Shown piece after piece: positions 17,404 through 27,412 of a stretch of 64,000 nucleotides of DNA; the stretch's first letter is position 1, and each line of letters opens with the position of its first letter. Source of the DNA: an uncultured Gemmatimonadales bacterium (GTDB lineage: Bacteria > Gemmatimonadota > Gemmatimonadetes > Gemmatimonadales > GWC2-71-9); assembly GCA_963821525.1 (NCBI GenBank), contig CAWGED010000005.1, positions 608,001 through 672,000 of the forward strand, written 5' to 3'. A program made the position numbers and the translations under genes. The notes under the pieces are model-generated. The model was not told where the DNA came from. It did not search any database and saw nothing but the letters and a program-made list of their open reading frames with translations.

Positions 17404-18279
17404 ATGCTCACCCGACCACTAGGCCCCAACCTCCCCGCCGTCACCATCGTCGGCTACGGTGGCATGCACCTTTCCCTCGACAGCCGCCCTCCCGACGATA
17501 TCGGCGTCAAGGTGATTCACGCCGCCCTCGATACCGGCGAGACGCTGATCGATACCGCCGACGTGTACTGTCTCGACCAGAATGACGTTGGACACAACGA
17601 ACGGCTCATTGCCCGGGCGCTCCGCGAATGGAGCGGCAACCGGGAGAACATCCTGGTCGCGACCAAAGGCGGACTGATAAGACCGACCGGGCGCTGGGAT
17701 CGGGACGCGCGTCCTCAGCAGCTGCGCCAGGCCTGCGACCGGTCGCTCAAGGCGCTCGGCGTCGAGCAGATCGCACTCTACCAGCTCCACGCGGTGGATC
17801 CCAACGTGCCGCTCGAAGAGAGCCTCGGCGCGATGGTCGATCTCCAGAAGGCAGGAAAGATCCGAGCGATCGGCCTGTCCAACGTCTCCGTCGATGAGAT
17901 CAAGCGCGGTGAAAGGGTTACGACCATCTCCACCGTGCAGAACCGCCTCAACCCCTTCTTCCGGGAAGCGATTCGTGAAGGCGTCATCGACTACTGTGCG
18001 ACGCGGGGGATCGGGTTCCTCGCCTACAGCCCAACCGGTGGCGCACGACTCACCAGGAAACTGCCCAGTCACCCGGTGTTGCAGCAGGTCGCCCGTCGGC
18101 TCAACAGCACGCCCCATCAGGTCACCATCGCCTGGGACATTGCCCAGGCATCGACGGTGTTTGCCATCCCGAGTTCGAGAACCGTCGAGCATGCACTGGA
18201 CGGCGCCAAGGCCGGCGACCTGACGCTCTCCCCGGAAGACATCAGCGCTATTGACCAAGCCGAATTCGATAGGTCGTAG
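17404..18279 (+). CDS. Aldo/keto reductase
   Basis: IDTADVY, ATKGG, LYQLH, GKIRAIGLSN, LAYSP. Confidence 0.92.
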   Translation: MLTRPLGPNLPAVTIVGYGGMHLSLDSRPPDDIGVKVIHAALDTGETLIDTADVYCLDQNDVGHNERLIARALREWSGNRENILVATKGGLIRPTGRWDRDARPQQLRQACDRSLKALGVEQIALYQLHAVDPNVPLEESLGAMVDLQKAGKIRAIGLSNVSVDEIKRGERVTTISTVQNRLNPFFREAIREGVIDYCATRGIGFLAYSPTGGARLTRKLPSHPVLQQVARRLNSTPHQVTIAWDIAQASTVFAIPSSRTVEHALDGAKAGDLTLSPEDISAIDQAEFDRS

Positions 18280-18280
18280 C

Positions 18281-18440
18281 GGAAGACGGAAGACGGGAAG
18301 GGGGCAATTGAAGATTGATGATTTCAGATTGAAGATTTAGGGCCATATCGAGCGAAAAACCCAATCTGAAATCTGAAATCTGCAATCTGCAATTTCCGTC
18401 TCCCGTCTCCCGTCTCCCGTCTCCTTTCTCCCGTCTTCCC
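18281..18440. repeat. Nested double heptamer hairpin (outer GGAAGAC/GTCTCCC, inner GATTGAA/TGAAATC)
   Basis: Outer arms at 18281-18301 and 18395-18440; inner arms at 18306-18340 and 18360-18394. Confidence 0.9.
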
Positions 18441-18455
18441 CTTATCTTCCCCCCC

Positions 18456-19931
18456 ATGCCAGCGACAGCTCGACGCCAGACCGTAACCACCTGGGTGGGG
18501 AGGGTGGCTCTGGGTTCCGGTTACCCGGTCGTGGTCCAGTCCATGACCAATACCGACACGGCGGACGTCGAGGGGACGATCGCGCAGGTCGCGGCTCTCG
18601 CTCTGGCGGGAAGCGAGCTGGTGCGCGTCACAGTGAACAACGACGAGGCGGCGGCCGCGGTGCCTGCCATCGTCGAAGGCCTGGATCGGATCGGCGTCTC
18701 GGTCCCTGTCATTGGGGACTTTCACTACAACGGCCACCTGCTTCTCACCAAGTACCCCGCCTGCGCCCAGGCCCTCGCGAAGTACCGCATCAATCCCGGT
18801 AACGTGGGCGGCAAGCGCGCGGACCAGAACTTCCGCGCGATCATCGAGGTTGCGCTGCAGAACGGAAAGCCGGTTCGGATCGGCGTGAACTGGGGTTCGC
18901 TCGATCAGACCCTGCTGACCGAGATGATGGATCACAACCATCGGCTCGCCGAACCTCGTGATGCGCGCGATGTCACCATGAGCGCCATGGTCGAGAGCGC
19001 GCTTCGCTCGGCGCGGCTGGCCGAGTCGTATGGCATGCCGCATGAGCGAATCATCCTGAGTGCCAAGGTTTCCGGAGTACAGGATCTGGTGGACGTCTAT
19101 CGCGCGCTCGCTCAGGGCGGAGACTACCCGCTGCACCTGGGCCTGACCGAGGCGGGGATGGGGATGAAGGGCATGGTCGGGAGCGCCGCCGGTCTCGCGA
19201 TCCTGCTGCAGGAAGGGATCGGCGATACCATCCGTGTCTCTCTCACGCCCAGGCCCGGCGGCGACCGCACCGAAGAAGTCGCCGTCGCACAGCAGGTGCT
19301 CCAGTCCCTCGGATTGCGGAGCTTCACCCCGCAGGTCACCGCCTGTCCCGGCTGCGGCCGCACCACCAGCACCTTCTTCCAGCAGATGGCCGAGGATATT
19401 CAGGGCTACCTGCGGCAGCAGATGCCGGTGTGGCGAGCCCGTTATCCCGGTGTCGAGGAGCTGAGGGTCGCCGTCATGGGATGTGTCGTGAACGGTCCGG
19501 GAGAATCGAAGCACGCCAACATCGGGATTTCACTCCCGGGGACCTTCGAAGAACCCAAGGCGCCGGTCTACGTGGATGGCCGGCTTCTCGTCACTCTCAA
19601 GGGAGACGGCATTGTCTCCGAGTTCCTCGGGATCCTGAATCAGTATGTGGAAAGCCGGTATGGGGGGGAAATGGCGGAATGGCGGAATGGCGGAATGGCA
19701 GAAATGGCGGCGAGCCCAGCGCCGGACGGACAATTCCGCCTAGTAGCCGCGAGCCCTAGGTCATCACCATCCATTCCGCCATTCATCATTCCAGCCATTC
19801 ATCATTCCGCCATTCCCCTAATGCCCGTCCCCCTCGACCAGGCCCTCCGCGATCATCCGCTGCTGGCGATTCCGGCGCTCTTCGGCGGCAGGCGTCGCTC
19901 ACCAGTCTCACTCCCTGCGTCTACCCGATGA
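18456..19931 (+). CDS. ispG: (E)-4-hydroxy-3-methylbut-2-enyl-diphosphate synthase; homology ends near 19665 and the 3' end is uncertain
   Basis: [60 protein letters not shown]. The ORF runs on through a repeat. Confidence 0.95.
   Translation: MPATARRQTVTTWVGRVALGSGYPVVVQSMTNTDTADVEGTIAQVAALALAGSELVRVTVNNDEAAAAVPAIVEGLDRIGVSVPVIGDFHYNGHLLLTKYPACAQALAKYRINPGNVGGKRADQNFRAIIEVALQNGKPVRIGVNWGSLDQTLLTEMMDHNHRLAEPRDARDVTMSAMVESALRSARLAESYGMPHERIILSAKVSGVQDLVDVYRALAQGGDYPLHLGLTEAGMGMKGMVGSAAGLAILLQEGIGDTIRVSLTPRPGGDRTEEVAVAQQVLQSLGLRSFTPQVTACPGCGRTTSTFFQQMAEDIQGYLRQQMPVWRARYPGVEELRVAVMGCVVNGPGESKHANIGISLPGTFEEPKAPVYVDGRLLVTLKGDGIVSEFLGILNQYVESRYGGEMAEWRNGGMAEMAASPAPDGQFRLVAASPRSSPSIPPFIIPAIHHSAIPLMPVPLDQALRDHPLLAIPALFGGRRRSPVSLPASTR
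19669..19818. repeat. Inverted octamer tandem-repeat hairpin (GAATGGCG / CATTCCGC)
   Basis: 5 units at 19669-19709 and complementary units at 19768-19818; same class as 16425-16536. Confidence 0.88.
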
Positions 19932-20520
19932 TTCCGATCACCGCCGGCCTGCTCGGCGGAGCAAGTGCTGCGGAGCGGTCCCGATCTCGCACTCTTCTTT
20001 ACTCTGTCCTCTACGCTCTGGGTCTCGCCCTGGTGTACGCGACCCTGGGTCTACTCGCCGGCCTGAGCGGATCGATTTTCGGCACGGTGAGCTCCAATCC
20101 GTGGGCCTACTTCATCATGGGGAACCTGCTCCTCGTGTTCGGGCTCGCGATGTTTGACGTGTTTTCAGTCACTGCACCGTCCGGGCTCCTGCAATGGGCT
20201 TCGAATCTCACTGGCCGGTCCGCCGGTGGTGCGTTTCTGATGGGTGCGACTTCCGGCCTGGTCGCTGCGCCATGCGGTGCGCCCGCCTTCGCCGCGGTTC
20301 TGACCTTCGTAGCCGCAACCCGTAGCGCGGTGTTAGGATTCGTCTACCTGTTCGTCTTTTCAGTCGGCATGACGGCGCTGCTCATCGGGATCGGGCTCTC
20401 CTCCGGCGTGCTCGCCGCGATGCCACGTAGCGGTCCGTGGATGATATGGATCAAGCGGGCCGCCGGTGTCGTGCTCCTCGGCATGGCCGAGTACTACTTC
20501 ATTCAGATGGGAAAGGTCTC

Positions 20521-20524
<4 letters not shown>
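19821..20524 (+). CDS. ccdA: CcdA/DsbD-type transmembrane electron transporter (frameshift near 19890)
   Basis: [15 protein letters not shown] and APCGAP redox cysteine motifs; multiple TM helices. Confidence 0.85.
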
Positions 20525-21030
<506 letters not shown>

Positions 21031-21033
21031 GGG

Positions 21034-21613
21034 ATGTTCATGCGGAAATTCTCACTCTTGCTGGGGTGCCTCGTCGCTCTCACCTCGGGCGCGGCCGCCC
21101 AAGGCGCGGGCGCCGGCATCGGCCTTCCTCGCTTCAGGTCCCACTCAGGGTGACCGGGCGCCGGATTTCTCGCTTCCCTGGGCGTCGAAGGACGGTGTCG
21201 GGGACGAGCAGTGGTTCAGCCTCACCGCACAGCGGGGGAAGACGATCGTGCTCGCCTTTTTCCCTGCCGCTTTCACCAAGGGCTGCACCTCCGAGATGCA
21301 GACCTTCACCGAGCGCTATGACGAGCTGTTCGGGCCTGACGTTGTCGTGGCGGCCATCAGCTACGACAGTGTGGAGACGCAAGCTCGTTTCGCCTCGAGC
21401 CTCGGCGTTCCCTTCAAGCTTCTGAGTGATCCCGACCTCGCCGTCGCCAAGAAGTACGGGAGTGCCAACTCCGATGGCAGGGCCAGGCGGACAGTGTACG
21501 TGATCGACAAGGGCGGCCGGGTCGCCTATCGAGACCTCCGCTTCAACGCGGTCGATCCTTCCTCCTACAGCGACTTGAAGCAGGCCGTTCAGGCCGCCCT
21601 CAAGGCCAAGTAG
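21034..21613 (+). CDS. Exported peroxiredoxin, BCP/PrxQ-like (frameshifted N-terminus)
   Basis: FFPAAFTKGCT (PxxxTxxC), LLSD, RTVYVID; signal peptide MRKFSLLLGCLVALTSGAAA in an upstream frame. Confidence 0.82.
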
Positions 21614-22452
21614 TGGCCGGTCAGTTGGGCCGGCGCCGCAGGGCGAGGGTTACCCTCGCCCTGGCCCTTTTCTGGGGTGCCGCGGCCAACCTCCGAGCTC
21701 AGAGCGGACCCAAGACCGACGCCCAGCTGATCTGGAAGCTTGAGGAGACGTCGAGCGGCTGGTGCCTCCAGTTCCTGATCGATCCCACCAAGGCGGGGGA
21801 GGACCTGCCCGACAAGGCCATGCCGGTCTCGGCCATGGATGCCGGGGAGCTCCACCCCGCCATCAGTCGCCTCATCTCGGACGAGCCGCAGTACGCTCGG
21901 TGGGTGCCCTCGGTCGTCTGCTCCTATTTCTTCGGAGCGGTAACCGTAGACGGCCACCGGGTCGAAAAGGGGAAGAAATCCATGCCCGCGATCGCCTGGT
22001 GGGGGGTCCTCGCGCGCTCACCCAGCGATACGGCCCCCGTTTTTGCCCTCCGCTTCCTCGCCACGAACAACTATCGGGTCCAGAAGCCCACCGAAGCGGC
22101 GAAGGTCAACATGGAGGCGCTCGATCTCACGATCGAGCAGGTACCCGAGACCGGGGATGACCGATATACCCTCAAATACGGGAAGACACTGGTCGTCTTC
22201 GACGGCCATGCTGCTCCGGACACAACCCTCCGGTCGGGCGCGGTTAGCCAGATCTGGTGGGCCGAGGGCGACGCCTCCACCGTCTGGCGGGCCTCGGCCG
22301 ATCTCCGCCCTTCAGCGACGCACGGGCTCGTGGGCGCGCTCCGGATACAAGGGAAGGGGGACTTGGCCGACCTCCTCAAGGCCTCTCCCATCCGCCTCGT
22401 AGGGCCGATTCACTCCGGAGGAGACGGAGAGGTTAACTTCTTCCGCCGGTAA
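21613..22452 (+). CDS. Hypothetical exported protein
   Basis: 279-aa ORF coupled to the upstream gene, with a signal-peptide-like N-terminus. Confidence 0.7.
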   Translation: MAGQLGRRRRARVTLALALFWGAAANLRAQSGPKTDAQLIWKLEETSSGWCLQFLIDPTKAGEDLPDKAMPVSAMDAGELHPAISRLISDEPQYARWVPSVVCSYFFGAVTVDGHRVEKGKKSMPAIAWWGVLARSPSDTAPVFALRFLATNNYRVQKPTEAAKVNMEALDLTIEQVPETGDDRYTLKYGKTLVVFDGHAAPDTTLRSGAVSQIWWAEGDASTVWRASADLRPSATHGLVGALRIQGKGDLADLLKASPIRLVGPIHSGGDGEVNFFRR

Positions 22453-22510
22453 GGCCCCCCTCTGGATCGAAGGTTGCGGGACGCCCGCCGACTCATTTCA
22501 CCGGTTTGAG

Positions 22511-23071
22511 ATGCCGACGATCGCACATCTGGCCGTAGGTTTTGCGGCCGGCCGTTACATGGCCCGAAATGGCCAGGAGGCCCCCCGCGCCATGGTCTTT
22601 GGGGCCGCCCTCGCCACCCTGCCCGACTGGGACCTGATCTCCCACGCCTTTGCCGGGGTCCAGGACACGATGGCCGGCCATCGGGGGGCTTCCCATTCCC
22701 TCATTGCCGCAGTCACCGTTGGCGCCGTGGTCGGCCTTGCCCTTGGTTCCCGATGGTGGGGCAGGTGGCAGACCGCCCTGTGGGCTATCCTGACCATCGC
22801 GAGCCATGCCCTTCTTGACCTGTTCAACGTCCAGGGAAAGGTCGGGCTGTTCTGGCCCTGGACCGACCAGTTCTCCACCGTCCCTATGCAGTTCCAGTTC
22901 ATTCCTGGTGTCCTCAGCACGGCGGAGCTGCTGACTCCGAAGGTGATCCCCGTGTTGATGTGGGAGGCGGTCATTTTCTCGCCGTTTTTTGTCTACGCCT
23001 TCTGGCGCCCAGTCAGGGTATGGCGGGGACAACAAAATCGTGAAATTCAGGGGACTGCAACGGATCGGTAG
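22511..23071 (+). CDS. YdjM-like membrane metal-dependent hydrolase
   Basis: AH, LPDWD, HRGASHS, SHALLD motifs. Confidence 0.85.
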   Translation: MPTIAHLAVGFAAGRYMARNGQEAPRAMVFGAALATLPDWDLISHAFAGVQDTMAGHRGASHSLIAAVTVGAVVGLALGSRWWGRWQTALWAILTIASHALLDLFNVQGKVGLFWPWTDQFSTVPMQFQFIPGVLSTAELLTPKVIPVLMWEAVIFSPFFVYAFWRPVRVWRGQQNREIQGTATDR

Positions 23072-23074
23072 CCG

Positions 23075-23364
23075 GAATATTCACATCCGTTGCATATTAT
23101 TTACGCCGATAGCGACACTGTCGCCAGTGGGGTTTTCCACATTTGATGTCTCTCTTTATTCATTGTGGAATATCGGGTTAGCTCGTTCACTTCAAGTGGA
23201 TAATTAGGTAACGCTCTAGTTTGCTATCCGGCAACGGGTTTGTTGGGCTTGTCCACTACGTTTCACGGATTCTGATGTGGATAAATCTCATTTTCCACAG
23301 CCGTGTCTTACCTCGGCGCAGGTCTGCCCAAGCGTGAAGCCGCCTCCAATGCGGATGTGGAAAA
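23075..23364. promoter_or_regulatory. AT-rich cluster of DnaA boxes (candidate oriC or datA/DARS-like locus)
   Basis: TGTGGATAA 23276-23284 (perfect); TTTTCCACA 23133 and 23291; TGTGGAAAA 23356; near-matches at 23164, 23195, 23249. Confidence 0.7.
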
Positions 23365-23390
23365 TGACCATCGACGCGCTTCCCTGACCC

Positions 23391-24965
23391 GTGGTCAACG
23401 ACCCCCTCTCAAGCAATAGCGGGTTCCTCCTCGCCCGCCGGATCCTGACCCTGGTCCCAGGCCTGATTGGGGACGCCCTCTGGTGGCATGCAGGCCGAAT
23501 CCGGGCGGTGGGGCGGGCGGCCGACTTGGAGCCAAAGGTGCCTTCCCGGGTGCCCCGGTTTGACCTGAGGGACTGCGTGGTGACCCCGGGGTTCACTGAC
23601 GGTCATACCCACTTTGCCAGCTGGGCGGTAGGGCGGAACCGGGTCCACCTGGCCGGTGCCGCGACTCGCGCCGAGGCACTCGAACGCGTCGCCAACGGAT
23701 CAGCCTTCCGGGGCTGGGTAATGGGCCACGGCTGGGACGCCAATTCGTGGTCAGAGGGCCCGGAGCGCTGGAGCCTGGACCGGGTCCAGACCCTGCCGGT
23801 CTATCTGGACTCCCTCGACGTTCACGCGGCCTGGGTCAACAGCGCCGCCCTGCTGATGGCGGGAATCACCCGGGACACGCCCGATCCGTACGGCGGCAAG
23901 GTCGTCCGAGATGGCAACGGAGATCCCACCGGCCTCCTGCTGGAGCGGGCGGTCGAGCTGATGACGCCTCACCTCCCCCAGCCGTCGCCCGAGGACTTGC
24001 TTACCGCCGTCCAGGAGGCCCAGACCGAGGCGCATCGGCTGGGCGTCACCGGAATCCACAACGTCGAGGGTCCTGACGCCCTGGCTGCGTTTAGAGCGTT
24101 GGAGACGGAAAACACCCTCCGGTTGCGGGTGCTGTTCCACCCTCCGGTGCAGAAGCTACCTGACCTCGTGAGGATGAAAGCGACCAGCGGATCGGGAACT
24201 GACTGGCTGCGTCTCGGCGGGGTGAAGATGTTCCTCGATGGCAGCCTCGGGAGCCGGACCGCCTGGATGCTCGAGCCCTATGAGGACGGTCGGGATCGGG
24301 GCATGCCCATCACCGCCGAAGACGTCGCCCGAGAGGCGATGACGACGGCGGCTCAGGCTGGTCTGGCCTGCACCGTTCACGCGATCGGGGATGCCGCTGT
24401 CCGGCGCGCATTGGACTTGATGAGCGCCCTCCAACCAGCCGCGATTCCCCATCGGATCGAACATTTCCAGTGCGTCAACCCGGCCGACCTGAACCGGGCG
24501 GCCGCAGCGGGAATCGTCGTCTCGATGCAGCCGGCCCATCTTCTGGTAGACATCCCGCTGGCCGACCGGCAATGGGGGGCTCGAAGCCGCGGTGCCTATG
24601 CCTTCAAGAGCCTGCTCCAGCGAGGAACCGTGGTCGCGTTTGGCAGCGACGTGCCGGTTGCGACCCTGGATCCGCGGCAGGGCGTGTACGCCGCCATGGA
24701 GCGTCGCATGCTGGACGGCGGTCCGATGCCGGGCTGGTACCCCGAGGAACGGCTGAGCTTCGAAGAGGTCGTCTCTGCCTACACTCTGGCCAACGCCAGA
24801 GCCGCCGGTGTCGCCGATCGGAGGGGAACCCTGGGGATCGGGATGGACGCCGACCTCGTGGCCTGGCAAGCTGACCCGGTTCTCGATCGAGGCGATGGAG
24901 AAGCGTTCCTAAATGGGCGTGCGGCCCTGACTGTCGTCGGCGGTGAGGTGATGATGCAGGCGTGA
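23391..24965 (+). CDS. Amidohydrolase family 3 (YtcJ-like)
   Basis: PGFTDGHTH, KMFLDGSLGSRTA, HAIGDAA, RIEHFQ, FGSDVP. Confidence 0.9.
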   Translation: MVNDPLSSNSGFLLARRILTLVPGLIGDALWWHAGRIRAVGRAADLEPKVPSRVPRFDLRDCVVTPGFTDGHTHFASWAVGRNRVHLAGAATRAEALERVANGSAFRGWVMGHGWDANSWSEGPERWSLDRVQTLPVYLDSLDVHAAWVNSAALLMAGITRDTPDPYGGKVVRDGNGDPTGLLLERAVELMTPHLPQPSPEDLLTAVQEAQTEAHRLGVTGIHNVEGPDALAAFRALETENTLRLRVLFHPPVQKLPDLVRMKATSGSGTDWLRLGGVKMFLDGSLGSRTAWMLEPYEDGRDRGMPITAEDVAREAMTTAAQAGLACTVHAIGDAAVRRALDLMSALQPAAIPHRIEHFQCVNPADLNRAAAAGIVVSMQPAHLLVDIPLADRQWGARSRGAYAFKSLLQRGTVVAFGSDVPVATLDPRQGVYAAMERRMLDGGPMPGWYPEERLSFEEVVSAYTLANARAAGVADRRGTLGIGMDADLVAWQADPVLDRGDGEAFLNGRAALTVVGGEVMMQA

Positions 24966-25026
24966 CCCGCCACGATTAGACTGCACCATTCTCTTCCGTT
25001 CCCGTCGCCAGGCATTCGAGGTACCG

Positions 25027-26490
25027 TTGCCGCCTTCTCCCATTCGTCGCACGAAGATCGTTGCCACCCTCGGTCCTTCCTGGTCCAGCCCGGAGAAGGT
25101 CGCCGCGATGCTTCAGGCCGGAGTCAACGTCGTCCGGGTGAACGCCTCACACGGCACTCCCGAGCTGCGCCGCGAGTGGATCAGCACCGTCAAGCAGGTG
25201 CGAGCGGAACGGGGACTACCCGCGGCCCTGCTCTACGATCTCCAAGGCCCCCGGATCCGGGTCGGCGATTTGACCGACCCGCTCCGGCTCGAGCCCGGCT
25301 CCCGCGTTGTGTTCGCTCCGGAAGAGAGCACGAAGGCCGGAGAAATCCCGACCACCTATGCGGCCCTCGCCAAGGACATTCGGGTGGGGGCCAGGATCCT
25401 GCTCGACGACGGGCTGCTGTCCGTGGACGTGCTCGCGATCGATGGAGACCGGGTCGTCGGCACGGTGCGCTACGGCGGGGTACTCAAGTCTCACAAGGGC
25501 ATGAACCTGCCGGGCATCGAGGTCAGCGCCCCCGCCCTCACTGAGAAGGACCGCGAGGATGTCGAAGAGGCGGTGGCGCTTGGCGTCGAATACATCGCCC
25601 TTTCGTTCGTGCGGAAAGCTGGCGATCTGGACGACCTGCGCCGGCTGGTTCCCAAGCGGGTGCGCATCGTGGCCAAGATCGAGAAGGACACCGCCCTGAC
25701 TGACCTGTGCGGGATTCTCGAGGCATCCGACGCCATCATGGTGGCTCGAGGCGATCTGGGCGTGGAGCTACCGTTCGAGGAAGTCCCGCTGGCTCAAAAG
25801 CGGATCATCCGGGAGGCCAATCTCCACGGGAAACCCGTGATCACGGCAACCCAGATGCTGGAATCCATGATTCACGCGCCGATCCCGACTCGAGCCGAGG
25901 CGTCGGATGTGGCCAACGCGATTCTCGATGGGACCGACGCGGTGATGCTCTCTGCGGAGACGGCGGTCGGTGACTACCCGCTCGAGGCGGTGATGGCGAT
26001 GGATCGCATCGCGCGAGAGATGGAGAGCCACCGCGGCGGCCGGAGTCCCGCCCTCGACGCCGCGGTCGGGCGGCGGTCCCGGGACGACCTGGACCCGGTG
26101 CACGCCCACCCTGGTGCCGGCAAACCAGCGCGCACCGAGGACGCGATCGGCGTCGCGGTCGTTGCCGCGGCGGAGCTGTTGCACTGCCCGCTCATCGTCT
26201 GTTTCACCAGCAGCGGCTTCACCGCGCGGAAGGTCGCGACTTACCGCCCGACCGTGCCGATCTTCGCCGCCACTCCGGAGCCGGAAACCTTCCAGCAGCT
26301 TGCCCTGGTCTGGGGCACCATCCCCGCCCTCACCGCCCACTACACCGATTACGACTCGCTGCTGCGCGAGGCTCGGCAGGCAATTCTCCCCCGCGGCCTC
26401 GCCAAGCCGGGAGAGCGGCTGGTCGTTACGGCCGGCGTGCCGTTCGACGTGCCGGGGACGACAAACCTGCTGAAGATTGAAGCCTTATAG
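25027..26490 (+). CDS. pyk: Pyruvate kinase
   Basis: RRTKIVATLGP, DLQGPRIR, AKIE, MVARGDLGVE, ATQMLESM, MLSAETA. Confidence 0.97.
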   Translation: MPPSPIRRTKIVATLGPSWSSPEKVAAMLQAGVNVVRVNASHGTPELRREWISTVKQVRAERGLPAALLYDLQGPRIRVGDLTDPLRLEPGSRVVFAPEESTKAGEIPTTYAALAKDIRVGARILLDDGLLSVDVLAIDGDRVVGTVRYGGVLKSHKGMNLPGIEVSAPALTEKDREDVEEAVALGVEYIALSFVRKAGDLDDLRRLVPKRVRIVAKIEKDTALTDLCGILEASDAIMVARGDLGVELPFEEVPLAQKRIIREANLHGKPVITATQMLESMIHAPIPTRAEASDVANAILDGTDAVMLSAETAVGDYPLEAVMAMDRIAREMESHRGGRSPALDAAVGRRSRDDLDPVHAHPGAGKPARTEDAIGVAVVAAAELLHCPLIVCFTSSGFTARKVATYRPTVPIFAATPEPETFQQLALVWGTIPALTAHYTDYDSLLREARQAILPRGLAKPGERLVVTAGVPFDVPGTTNLLKIEAL

Positions 26491-26493
26491 GAA

Positions 26494-26623
26494 TTGAGCG
26501 GTAGGCGGTAAGCGGGAAGGCTACCAACTCTCGCCGTCAGGATATTGAAGAAGGTATTTCACCTCACCGGCTCGCTCACCGCTCACACGCTCACCGCTTA
26601 CCGCTCACCGCTTACCGCTTACC
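26494..26623. repeat. Inverted heptamer tandem-repeat hairpin (GTAAGCG / CGCTTAC-CGCTCAC)
   Basis: Units at 26494-26520; complementary units at 26563-26623. Confidence 0.88.
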
Positions 26624-26632
26624 TTTTTGGGC

Positions 26633-27412
26633 ATGCGCCTGACTTTCCTCGGAACCGGAACCTCGTTCGGAGTCCCTCAGATTGGCTGCGACTGCGCAGT
26701 CTGCCGGTCTGAGGATCCCCGCGATCGGCGCAGCCGCTCCGGTGCGCTGCTCGAGGCCGGTGGCAACGTCATCCTGATCGACACTCCGCCGGAACTGCGG
26801 TTGCAGATGCTCGGTGCTGGCTTGAGCCGGGTGGATGCCGTGCTCTACACCCACGAGCACGCCGATCACGTCAACGGGATCGATGATCTCCGCATCTTCT
26901 CGGTGCGGCAGCGGCGTCCCATCCCCTGTCACGGCCCGGCGGAGACGCTGGAGCGGGTGCGCTCCGGGTTCCCCTACATTTTCGACGATGCGGTCCGGCC
27001 CTACGAAGGGACCTCCAAACCCCAGCTCGATCTGCAGCCCCTCGAGCCTGGACGGGAAGTCACGATCGCCGGAATCCGGGTTCTGCCCCTGGCGTTCCGG
27101 CACGGTCACCTTCGCGTCTTCGGGTACCGGTTCGGCCCCCTGGCGTATATCACCGACGTGAAAGCCGTGGCGGAGGCTGAACGGGGGCACCTCGCTCAGC
27201 TCAAGGTCCTGGTCTTGAACGCGCTCTGGTGGCGGCCTCATCCGACCCACATGAGTATCGGCGAGGCGATCGATACCGCCCGTGCGGTTGGGGCCGAGCG
27301 TACTTATCTCACCCATCTCACGCATGAGACCGGGCACGCCCTACTGGCGCAACAACTCCCTGAAGGCATCTTCCCGGCATACGACGGACTCACGGTCGAG
27401 GTAGGGGAATGA
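26633..27412 (+). CDS. MBL-fold metallo-hydrolase (PhnP-like)
   Basis: LGTGTSFGVPQIGCDCAVC, THEHADH, YITD, THLTH, AYDG. Confidence 0.92.
   Translation: MRLTFLGTGTSFGVPQIGCDCAVCRSEDPRDRRSRSGALLEAGGNVILIDTPPELRLQMLGAGLSRVDAVLYTHEHADHVNGIDDLRIFSVRQRRPIPCHGPAETLERVRSGFPYIFDDAVRPYEGTSKPQLDLQPLEPGREVTIAGIRVLPLAFRHGHLRVFGYRFGPLAYITDVKAVAEAERGHLAQLKVLVLNALWWRPHPTHMSIGEAIDTARAVGAERTYLTHLTHETGHALLAQQLPEGIFPAYDGLTVEVGE

Noticed and set aside
15949..19821. Integron cassette array
   Set aside because: No integrase gene, no consistent RYYYAAC/GTTRRRY boxes, and the genes include housekeeping ispG.
21280..21290. Selenocysteine in the peroxiredoxin
   Set aside because: The peroxidatic codon is TGC, and the ORF break lies upstream and is an indel.
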